A DNA stretch of 64,000 nt from Xylographa opegraphella (Eukaryota): assembly GCA_022813865.1 (NCBI GenBank), contig JALDZX010000051.1:62001-126000 (forward strand). The letters are read 5' to 3'. Shown here in pieces: positions 50,052-61,552 of this stretch (position 1 is the stretch's first letter; each line of letters starts with the position of its first letter). The notes beneath the pieces are model-generated. The model saw only the letters and a program-made list of their open reading frames with translations, was not told the DNA's origin and did no database searches. The translations under genes and the position numbers were made by a program.

Positions 50052-52369
50052 CTAATGAACCCCGATCTTGAGACCATGACCATTCGCCCAACTCTCCTTT
50101 CCCACAATGTCATGCGGTCCTGGTTCGGAGTCCCGCTCGTCGCTCGCACCGTCCGTTCTGCCACACGTAATCTTCTCCATAAACTCAACGTAATCGTACT
50201 TGGGCATATCGTTGTCTTCTGCCAAGTCTGGTCCTTGGTGAGCGGGCATAGTCTTCAGTAGATCTTCGATCAGCTCGTCAGGGATGAGAGAATGCCGAAG
50301 GTCCAGTTCGGTCACATAGGGCTGTGGGAAATGACCATGATTAGCAAGAGAATCCTTTTACTCGCCCCGTAGGAATTGACAAGAAGCAAAAGCGATTGAA
50401 TCCACATACCTTCCCATCGGCCACTTCCCTGAAACTCTGAAAGACCTGCTCTGCAGTATTTTGGTCTTCCGTCACCCCGACCATAAACCGGATGAAGCCT
50501 TCAAACCCGACTCTCATACTTTGCGGACTGGCAACCACACTCCTCAATCCGCCGGATGTACAAGCTCCAACGAATACGTCGTGCATCTCCTCCTCGCCGT
50601 AAACCAGGCCAAGGCTTGCAAGTGCAGCAGCGAACTCCACTTCGGACAGGTGATTCGTTCCATCTCGATCGAAATGCCTGAAGACGCTCTCAAACTCCTC
50701 GAGTTGAATCGGTGTGAGGTTCGTCATGTTCCTGGCGACCAGTTGGTTCTCGAGGAAAGCGAGTTTCTTTGTCACCGCGGAGGATACCAACGACAGCTCG
50801 TAAGCCAGCTCGTCGTAAGTGTAGGTCGTAAAGTCATTTTCTTCTATGTTGGCTTCCGCGCAGCGGGTATCTATGGTCGCAATCGTATCAAGGTATGCCG
50901 ACAGAGGAGGTAGTGATACATTGAGGCGTTGAACGTGAAGAAGCTGATCTGAAACGTCACCTTCCAGGCCAGATATGGCAAGAGAAAGGGTATTGAGAGT
51001 CAGAGCAAAATCATTCGCTTTGTCCGCAAAGGTGCGTCGAAGGGTATTCTTGATGCTGCAGAATTGTCAGTAATGTGTTCGATTTTAATATCATCACTCT
51101 TTGGGCAGTTACTCTCGTATGGTTTCATTGATGACTTGGCTTCGCTTCCTTTCGCCAGCCATCAATACTGTCCACTCGCGATCTAGCATTTCGAGCCGCA
51201 ACTCCGCAGGGGGTTCGTAGGGCCTCAAGCGATATGTGCTCATCTTAGTCTTGATGTTTCCAAGGAGCGCCGCCAGATCCGACTTTTCTGCAACCCAGGC
51301 TCTTTTCTGCTTCTTCTTCCATGCATTGAACTGGTTCAGCTGGTCTTTCGCATCAGTGTATGTGCCTTCAAATTCAGCCTTTTCCCACAGTTGTCTTTGA
51401 GCCGCTATTTGGCATAGGAGGTCCCGCATGCGCTTCTCGAAAGAATTCTGCATCTCCCACGCGCCTTGCATATTTGTCACAAATTTCTCGACTCTTCTGC
51501 CTGCATTCTCCACTCTCTCCATTTGTGAAAAAGCATGAAACCAGTAGGCTATGTAAGTCATGAGAGATCTCTCGTCCGGCTTCGCCACATCGCATACGTC
51601 TTCCACATCTAGAAGATCTGGAATACCAATTTCCTTGGAGGCAATGTCAAATGCGAGCTGCATATTGCCCCGATGATCATTTTTGTCAAGGCTGTCGTAG
51701 TCTATTAGATCAGGTCGGTGGATGTCGAGTAAAGCACAACTGAGTATGATGTTAGCACTTAAGGCCATAATGCGGGAAGCATCACATACAAAGCAAGCCC
51801 ATTGTTCCAACTTGTCGAGAAATCTCGAACCTCCACTTCTTCATAACATGCCGTCTTTCTTTGACACCATAGCAGTAGCCCCTCTTTCGCTGTCATACCC
51901 TCCTCATTGATATCGCTGATTGTGAATCTCAGGATAAGTGTCCAGATAAGTCCAAGGATTATCTTTCGATTTCCATCCACTATATCCTCTGCACCAATGT
52001 TGGTCATTTGTATCCCGCGAGATTTTATGAAGTCGAGGCCTTTGTTGACGTTTTCAAAACGCTGCACTCGTAATTTAGGTCTGGAGGCATATCGACCCAA
52101 GGACTCATTGCCAAGTATCTCTAGCAGATGTATGAGTATGACCTAGGTTTTGTGGTCAACAGGAGCTGAATATGTAGCCTGGGACTCAGAACGAACTCCG
52201 TCAGAGAGATCCTTCACAAGATCATTGACTGCCACATCGCGCGGTTGGACTTTCGAGTTGAGCCTAAAGACGAAGGTCAGCGAAGTAACAAGAGCGCCCC
52301 AAGGTGATGATACCATTTGGTGAATGTCTTCTGTTGTACCGTGATCCACTGGGGTTCCAGTAAAGCCAT
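50052..52369 (-). CDS. ain1: Alpha-actinin (CH1-CH2, spectrin-like repeats, EF hands)
   Basis: Starts MALLEPQWITVQQKTFTKW-LNSK; DLSDG, ILGLIWTLILRF, GLLLWCQRKT, KPDERSLMTYIA; EF-hand FRHFDRDGTN; several GT-AG introns. Confidence 0.95.
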
Positions 52370-55202
52370 ACTGCGAGGGGTGCATGCAGGGAGTAGTGGA
52401 ATATGATATTATAACAGCTATCATACTAGTGATCTAAGCCATAAGAAAGAAATCATAGGCGCCCAGGAACAATATCGCAAAGGCAGAGCTCAGATGTATC
52501 TTAGTATAATAGCTTCAACTCCTTAGTTTTGGATGTCGGCGAAGTTTAGCCGAAGTCAACAAACGATGACGGACAAACATTGGTCCGTTCCCCGGAACTC
52601 CTCGCAATTCATATCGTGAAGCTATTCTTCACACTACGATGGCCTGTTTGCCAGGTTACATGGTAATCGCGTTGATTGAGGCGTCCCACACTTGATCTAT
52701 ACTCATTTACGACTGTTAACACTTATTCCCCGTAGGCTCTATGTTCCCTTCTCCCTCATTGCGTTCGCTGTCGCTCCATTTGTCCAGCGATTGCTGCCTC
52801 CCTTTCCGAGCTCCATTCGGCTATTGTTCCGTCCATGAGTCTATATATCACGCCAGGCTGGTCTGTTTGCCATACTGCGTGATTTTCAGGTTGCTTGGAC
52901 GGTTCCATACTTGGCCATCGTCCCCTTCATAATTATCGAGCCTGCTTGGTCAAGCCTCGGTGTCCCCGTCTCCCATATTTGTTTTCCTATCATTCGATTC
53001 ACCATGTGTCCATCTACTTCTACGTATGATCATATCTTTGTACTACTGAATACAATGCCGCTGCTAGTCTTCAGATACATTTACGTACAAGCATCAGCTC
53101 ATGAAACTGATTATGTGGTCTTGTGGCAACGCATGAAGATGTTCTTGTAGTTTGACTTCACAAATGCTTCTCCAAATCTTTCCAAGACTCCTCGATTGCC
53201 TATCAGACGTTGATCAAGTGCAGAATGAGCTTAAGGTGTATATATGAAAGAAACGAGGAAAAGCACATCCAAATGACTTTTGAGGGCCCTCCAGGGACCA
53301 TGTCATGCGATGAGGCTCATAACATCGTCGGACCTGCGCAGTATAATGATCTATCGAAACAACAATGTTTCACACTTTTTGATTGCATCACGATTTTAGG
53401 GCAAGTCAGCCTGTTAAATGCCGCGGCGGTCACGTATCGCATATACAAAGCCATGAAACATGGTTACTACCAGATATTGACCATATGTTTCAAGAAGGAG
53501 GGCCGGTGACGGCCGAGGCGTTTGGCTGAGTAGCGAACCGGCGGCACAGTTTGAGATGACGATGAGCCTGCCGCCGCCAAACCGTTGACTTACTATACTA
53601 CCCTCAGTGAAAAGACCTGTTCGGTATCAGAGCGACACGTGCTGTTCATCCACGGATTTTCAGCACCTGATGAACGAAAAGCTGCCGCTGGAGAGCTCAC
53701 CACAGCTCATAGAAGCTGGAAAAATCGACACTGCATCCCTCTACAAGCGCCAGTGCAATGAACGGGTGCGCGATCGCAAGAGTTGAGAATGGGATCTAGT
53801 CGCAGAAGTCTGGAGATTCCATAGGAATTCCGTAGGCTGTACCTATAGTAGGCGCTCCCCTTACAAGTGTGATACCGAAGTGCCAACTACTTTTACACAC
53901 TTTGCAACAAGGCAGCAACTTACCTTCCCAACACCTTTGGCGTGAAGAAAAATCAGCACTCGTGGGCCGTATTCGGATTCATTCTGGCAGTCGTCTTACG
54001 TATCCCACTGACACACCATATTTGTGGATGAAAATGAACAGATGGTAGAAATCCACGGCATGTATCGACGAGGAGTGGTATACCACGGATTATAAAAAAT
54101 TACGAAATATAGGATAAAGTCAGAGATATCAGAGCTGCAGCAACGAGCAACCAGAACGGACATACAACCTTCGGATTTTCAAAAACTAACGTCTCCTATT
54201 CCGGCCGTAACCATTCCCTAGCCTCAACGCGGTATCTTCACCACAACAAGCCACGATTCCGGAGCACCGAAAGATCTTCTCCCCCACCCGCAACACCGCT
54301 GAAGCGGCAATCATTATCAGCTGCTACAGTAACCGAAGAGGTTCTATCCAGGCTTCAACCATCGCAGAAGCTCGACGGTAATCAAAAGACCATTACAGGA
54401 GCAAAACCCCCAATTACAGACGTATCGTACCACGGCAACATCATCAAAACGCCAGAAAAAAACCTGATCATCCTGCAGCGACAAAGCACCCAGAGTGAAA
54501 ACGCAGCTGCGGGCCATAAAGCAGGAACTGATCCCCAAACGCATCAGCCAATTATGTATAACTTGCAAAAACGCAAAAACGCCCAAGATGATCGTCCACA
54601 CCCCCATTGCCCTCAATCATCGCTCAAGCCATCAATCCAATTCATATTACATTTCCCCCTCCTGCCAAATCCCTCGAGCGTACAAGTTTCCTTATATACA
54701 TACATACGTATCCCCTATCGTCCGTCGGTCTAGTCTCAAATACAAGGCCTCCCCCCCAAGGCTATACTATCTCATCTGTGGCATTCTACCCGTCCAGCCC
54801 AACCGGATCGCCCTGCCGCATCGGTTTACCAGTAACTACAGCGAATGTTGGAATCCGCAGTCACTTAGCGCACTTGCTTCGAGTGTTGTTGCAGCATAAG
54901 TAAGGGGCTTGGTGGGGAGCGTGCTCTCAAAGTATTCTTAAGAAAACCCCTAGAGAGCTCTCAAACATAAAAGCGGGCCTGTATCTTCACGTGCAAGTAG
55001 AATCCACATGGATGAAAACTGGCATACGGCATACCAGCTCTGCACTCGTTGATGCGGACAACATTAGAGTCTATCCTGTATAGCCTTCATGTGGCAACCC
55101 ATATCGCAGTGCGAATCTACACCATAGTCCACATAATCCATGATCATAACCCCTCATCCAGTATGTACAACCCCCAGTCTCGGCCATCGTATTCCACCAC
55201 TT

Positions 55203-57076
55203 TTAGTCGCCGCCAACCCCCATACCCAAGAAGACAATCGTCGCTATATTCATAAACGTCACCAGGAACCAGATCAGCAGCGCCGCAATGGTCGTCGCCC
55301 AGTTGTTCGCAAACGACTTGGTGCCCAACTCGATCGCCGGATTCTGCCGCTCCGCATCGCCGTTCTCGTCCGGTATCTCGGCAGCTTCGAGCGGCTCGAC
55401 CCGGTGGTCTGCGTCGATGGCGACGGTCATGTACTTGTGACGAGAGGTGTACCAGACGAGGGGCGCGGTGATGAAAATGAGCACGATGCTGAGGACGACG
55501 TTGCAGCCGTTAAGGGCGGCGGCGAGGCCGGCTTGCCCGGTCGATCCGGCGATGACGATGCCAGGAAGGATGGCGATGGATCTAGTCACTAGGCGACGGA
55601 GGAAGGGACTCATCCGCCAGTTGAAAGCCCCTTCGCAAACCAACTGGCCGGCCATAGTCGCAATGATTCCAGCACTGATGCCGGAGAATAGTAATGCGAG
55701 AGCGAATATCGTTCCCGCCGCCTGAGAGATAGATGAGACGAAGAGTGCATACATTCCAGGTAGGTCGGCATCTCCTGCGTCCGGGCTCAGAGAGCCAGCA
55801 GCAACGATCAAGATTGCCGAGTTCACGAAAATTGCGATCACGGCCAAGGTGATGACTAGCTCAGCTATCGAGTATGACATACAAAACTTGATGGCAGACA
55901 TCGATGGTCGATACATGCTGATCGCAGATGAGGCAGAGGAAGCTGGAGATTCCCGGTACCGGTTGCTCTTGACATCAAAATCCCGCATCCGAGCCTGCAC
56001 AAGGCCTGACCCGAGGTATATCGTGTGGGGCATAAGTGTGCCTCCCAGTATTGCACAGCTTTGGTATAATCTAGATTCTGCAGTCAGTGCATGTCCAGAG
56101 TGTTGTGATGCCGCTAACATACCCTTGTGATTGAACAATGGTAGCGGATGGGAGGAAGCCGTCAAATATAGGACCAACGTAGTTCTTAGAGATCAGAGAC
56201 AATTCTATACAGAAGCAGATGAACACCCCTAGCACAAATGCGGCCACAAAAAGCTCAAATGCACGAAGGGCCTTCATGGACCCATCGGGTCTGTAGAACA
56301 AGAGAATAAATAGTGTGTCGGCTATCGATAAGGCACAGCCTGCGACTAGAGGGACTTGAGGAATTAAGATATTGATTGCTATGGCAGTGCCAATGACCTG
56401 TAAAAGTTTTAGCATTCGTGCCATCATGTAGTTTCGATTGAAAGCTGAGGCAGCTGTGCCTCTAACATACCTGTCCAATATCTGTGCAAATAATTGAAGC
56501 TTCGGCCAGAATGTACAAAGCGAGGTTCATCCACCGCGGGAGATGCGCACGGTTCATTTGAGCGAGATCCATACCAGTGACCGATCCGAGTTTCACTGAA
56601 AGAGCCTATTCTGGTTCTCAGCAGTATTCTCAAGTAGGGGGAAAAGACGTATTTTGCCATACCTGAAGGTAGATTGCAATCAGGTTCGACACGAGGACGA
56701 TGAAGAGGAGCTTGTACCCGAAAATGGCACCCGCTGATATGGCAGTTTGATAATTGTCCGGATCGATATATGCAACGCTGATCAGAGCTCCTGGCCCAAT
56801 GAATTTTCCAAATTTCCACACAACGGCCTGCCCTTGCTGAAAAGCGTTCTTGTAGGTTTGCTGTCCATACATGTCTCGACTGAACCCAAAATGCTTGCTG
56901 ACACCCTGCCGCGGCTGATATGATGATGACTGGACCTCGTCCACGTTTGTGGTGACTGTGGTTTTTTCGTCAAGTGTCGGGACCGCTTTCTCGTCCGCCG
57001 TTGGCTGTACATCCTCCATGTCTGGAGTGCTCGTATGAGTCACTTGATTCACTTGATTTCGGTCGGTGGTGGCCAT
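55203..57076 (-). CDS. NRAMP/Smf-family divalent metal transporter, variant motifs (DPDN; TM3 DIGQ)
   Basis: Introns 56662-56606, 56470-56398 and 56122-56071. Motifs FIGPGALISVAYIDPDNY, KLGSVTGMDLAQ, ILGGTLMPH, FVNSAILIVA, TMAGQLVCEG, RRLVTRSIAILP. Confidence 0.93.
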
Positions 57077-58351
57077 GATGGGAGGCGGAAGGAAATTGAC
57101 AATACTATGTTACGCTGACTAACGACGAGGCTGTGTCAACGACCTCTAGATGGAAGCAGATATATGTCGAGGCTCGCAACTAAGCTACAGCTAAGGCTTT
57201 GTCTCCAACGCCGGCCGAGTCAAGATCTGTTGGACGCATGATGGCGGTTGAAGGGCTCCGGGACGTTTCCGTGTATGCGTGGTGGAACAAGTCTGGAGAT
57301 GGTGCCGTGCCTCCATAGCACCTTAGTGCGAACTATGTGAGGTCCACAGCGGGCGCTTGAGATACCGTCCTGCCGTGATGAATCTAGCTGCCTCAGGGGA
57401 GCCAATGGAGCTGAAGCAATTGTGCCTGTTTTCGCCATCGCTCACATCTAACTTGTTGTGGGTGCGAAGTCCGGGTCAAGGATCAACCGGCGGCCGCCAC
57501 CAGGGTCTAGATTCGCGACATACGATACATAATACCCTAAGCGGAAGTCGCTAAGGAGTACGGAGTACATTCGGAGGAGAGCTGGATTCTCACCGCCACC
57601 GACTAATACGACACGATCCACAACCTACATAGAAGCCAAGGGATGTGGGGCTCACTTGGACACATGGAATGCCTCCGGTCGCAATGGGTTATCTGATCCG
57701 CACTTTGCATGAGGCGGGTTGCATTGTGCGCTGGTCTCCCTACATGAACCTACACAAATGGAAACCGCGGGGAAATTATCTTATCATATCACAGGACGGA
57801 GAGATCTTTATCTGATGCAGGACGAGTTGCAACGCCCTCCCATGGCATTGTGTCGAGACCGTGAACTGCAGCTGGGAGTCGAGTGCATGAAGCTTGGCGC
57901 ATTGATGGCCACTGCTTGGCAGGGCTGACCGACTTTCAACTTGTAACAGTTTTCCTCCCTGTTTCAGGTCCCGCATGAGCGTACGTTGAGTTTGAGTTCG
58001 AGAAACAGTTTCAAATATTGAAGTATGAGTACTCCGTACGGAAGTACAAGCTTTTCGTTGTGATTAATGCCTTATTGGAGATGCTCCACACAGTATTGAG
58101 TGGCTTGCGGCGGAACTGAAAATCCGAGATCTGAGTGACTAAGCACCAAGCCCCTCTCCTTTTCCCTGGGTATTGCCTAAGACGACTCCCGTTTCATTGT
58201 CCAACATACGCCGCCGTACCTGAATCAGGACGTCAACGAAACAATCATGCCTATCTTCTTCTCGAGATGAATCTGATAATAAGAAGGCTATCTGGTCGCG
58301 GCTGAAGGCCATCTTCTTTTCCACTCTTATCTTATCGTTGTCTGAGACAAG

Positions 58352-59582
58352 ATGGCCAACTTCGACAATGTCTTCTTCAACGCCAGCGCTTTCGTAGGAG
58401 GCCTCTTCCTCCTCGAGTTCGGCGCGGACCGCTTCGTCGATCATACTGCTGTTATAGCACGACGCCTAGGGGTCTCGCCGACGCTGATAGCTTTGTTGAC
58501 GGCGGGCGCCGAATGGGAGGAGGTACGGGACTTGGGCACCATACCAACTGACCCGCTGTGCTGACACTTGGCAGCTTGCTGTGATCGTTGCAGCTCTTAG
58601 CCAAGGGAGGTCGTCATTAGCACTCGGTAACATCCTCGGGTCCTCCATCTCCAACATCCTCGGAGCATTCTCCCTGGGCCTGATTTTCACATCAGGCGAG
58701 GTCAAATTTGACCGTAGCTCGAAAATCTACACGGCCTTGACACTGCTATTCACCGTAATCTTTGTACTTGTTCTCGCTTTCTTCAAGTCCATTGGAAAGG
58801 CTGCTGGAGGGTTACTCGTGACACTTTTTGGGATCTACATTGTCTCTATAGGATACTACATCTACAAAGGCGTAATGGCTGCCCCGGAGGACGATGATGA
58901 TGATAGTGACGACGATGACGATAACGACGATGACGACTCCGACACCACGAGTGTCAGTGACTCCAGCGAGTCAACGCTCAAGGACGAGGAGTCGGCTTCT
59001 CAGAAGGTCATACCTTTGACTCCGCTCACACCATTTCACGACGACAATGTGGCTTCCCTCGAATCTGTGCCTCTTACAAAACCAGAAGAGTCGCTCATTA
59101 AATCGGCGCCAAAAATAAGAAGGCCTCCGCGCTCGCTTACATATCACGTCTTCCAACTGATCGCCGGCTTTCTTGCGCTCTCGCTCTCCGGGTACATCCT
59201 GTCGCACAGTGTCTCTTCCCTCGCCGACACCTTTGAGCTCTCCGGCACGGTTCTTGGTATGACTGTTCTCTCGATCGCAACAACGCTTCCGGAAAAATTC
59301 ATTGCCATTTGCAGTGGTGCACGAGGCCAGAACGGTATCGTGGTCGCAAACACTGCCGGAAGCAACATCTTTCTTCTCACGCTATGCGCAGGAGTTTTGT
59401 TCCTTGCGGGGGACGTGGAAGCGCTCGTCAAATCGGTCAACACGTTCGATCTGCTGGTCACAGCAGCCTCTGCTTCCCTGTTCGCCGTCGTCGTCTTTGT
59501 CGGGGCGAAGCGCTGGATGGCAGTAGCGCTCCTTGTACTATACTTTGCCTTCATTGGCGTGGAGTTTGCAATCTATAGATGA
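58352..59582 (+). CDS. Cation/Ca2+ antiporter (CaCA, Na_Ca_ex) of compact YrbG-like type with acidic central loop (~392 aa)
   Basis: Intron 58523-58574. Alpha-1 region LLTAGAEWEEL...ALGNILGSSISNI; alpha-2 SIATTLPEK...ANTAGSNIF; poly-Asp loop at about 58890-58940. Confidence 0.88.
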
Positions 59583-61552
59583 ACTGGACTGGGATATAGC
59601 ATACCGAGGCGTTGGACCACTGTCTTGTATATAAGTGTGTGCCGCTATGGCCAGAGAAGCCGAGAAAGACAAATGTCTGTTTGCCTCTGACTTTCTCACG
59701 GAACCGTGACCCAAGCCATGAGGAAGCTGTCATCAATCGGAAACTGATGAGGGTCTGCTCCACCACGCACCTTGGCCCATGTCAGACAGAGGAGCAGATT
59801 ACGAGGCTCTCGTGACAGCCCGGCGACCTCGAGCTTTCACCGTCCGTCACCTGTGGTCACTTAGATGGCGCCGTTCGTCGATCCAAGATACATGAAGCCA
59901 AGAAGCGGAAAACACGACAGCCACAGGTAGAATATCTCACGCGAAGGGAAATGCACATATAATGCAAGTAGTGACTGCAGACAAATATAAAATAAGCTTG
60001 ATGTTCTCCTTTTATGTGGCAGCGTGTACCGTACCCTGAGCTAAACGCTCTGGAAGTTCGATTCGATATCGCTTGAGCTTACCGTCCATATCGAGAAATA
60101 GCCCGTTGTACAACATTGTTATATCGCTATGGCAAAAGTGGAGAGCTCTCGTCCCTGCTCATGGGGACTGTGAACTCTATATCGATCGCTTTAGTGCTTT
60201 AGACTTGTCCAATCCAAATATTCTTTGTATCCCTCGACATCAGGGGTGGTTCCATACCTCCAAAAATATGCTCCATAAAGTGAAAGCGAACATGGATCTT
60301 TGTCTATCAAGGCTAACAAGTAAAATATCCACACATTGCTCCTTCTCACGGTTCAGTATCGAGGGGCAAGGCCAGACATAGAGCTGTCTAGTGATTCGTG
60401 AAAAGCAGAGGGTATGAGATATGCCGAGCTTAGACAATTGCTTGCAGCAAACGGATCATGGTAATGATTCTAAGCCTGGGAGGAGATGAGTTTGAGATTG
60501 AGAAGGCTAGGCACTTGGCTAATCCTTGGAATCGAGACACCAGGTTACGAACTCATACTTGTTGGGAAGCAAACGACATTTTGGCCCTCAGGTAGCGATA
60601 TCGTGAACACAAGGCGCACAAGGCAGACAATCGACATGTAGCGCATGGAAGGCGTCTATCAGACGTAGGGACGGTACAGGCTCATAACACGAGTCGGTGC
60701 AATGATCTGGCTCGAGACTCGATCAAATACGTCTCGCTGCACCCTTTGCTTATTTGCTTCGTCGGGCTCAGGCCGTTCGTATTTCTACACGAGTCCTCCT
60801 ATTCCGTTCGAGCTTGGTGATAATATACTGCGATTGCATCTATGTCTCGTTTTAGACCATCGATCCACAATCCGCAAGCCCCTTTATTTACGGGTGGTAC
60901 GGCGTGCCGCAATACACTCGACGGCGGTCGTCATATGCTATATATGAGCTCTCTCGGCGCCGCTTAGGGTTGTTCGAGCCCTGCGCCTAGTGAACACTTC
61001 CAGGGGAACTTTTGTCATGAACACTTGGGCGGGCGTGTTGGTAAACACTCCAGTGAGAACCGTTAATATCATGCTCGTCCTTGTTAGTCTTCTTATTCTC
61101 TCAATGCCCGACGCCTTACTTTCACTTGCAAATCTTCACCCTGCTGCCATGAGCAAGTGCCCATCCTCATCCAAAGCCTCAGGCTTCAGCCTCAAACCCT
61201 TCAGCGAAGTTTATCGAAGCTGAACAACAAGCGTAAGAGGCCAATTTCCACGATTTATGAGTTTCATCCTAATTTTCCGAGGCACTCGAAGCATAAGAGG
61301 TTCACTGATAAACCATTGGTAAGTCATGTGGAATCCCGAGTTCTGTAGCATTAAGTCATGGGTCTTTTGAACTCTCCATGCTATCCGGAGCTGCAAGGTA
61401 GCTTCCTCTGTGAGCTACTTTTGATATGGCTCTTCTCGGCTTTTGCTGTAGCGGAATCCGCATAACGTGGTCATTCGGCCTCCTGAGGGCATCATACAAA
61501 GCTCCTTAAGTTCGTAGTATTGCCAAAAGAAATACTAACAAAACATTACCAG

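Noticed and set aside
54344..54616. Hydrophobic 90-aa minus-strand ORF downstream of a TATA-like element
   Set aside because: Hydrophobicity follows from the local G/T-rich composition; no motif or convincing exon structure.
2299..57076. Frame breaks in the amine oxidase, MFS, NRPS-like, PTH11-like, actinin and NRAMP ORFs as pseudogenes or programmed frameshifts
   Set aside because: The breaks I traced are resolved by short canonical GT-AG introns that restore conserved motifs.
57396..57420. GGGGAG in the NRAMP/CaCA spacer as a yybP-ykoY Mn riboswitch
   Set aside because: The remaining consensus elements are missing, and this riboswitch class is bacterial.
60056..60064. B-box-like GTTCGATTC (also GTTCGACTC near 37193) as a tRNA gene
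   Set aside because: No T-stem, acceptor stem or D-arm could be folded around either site.
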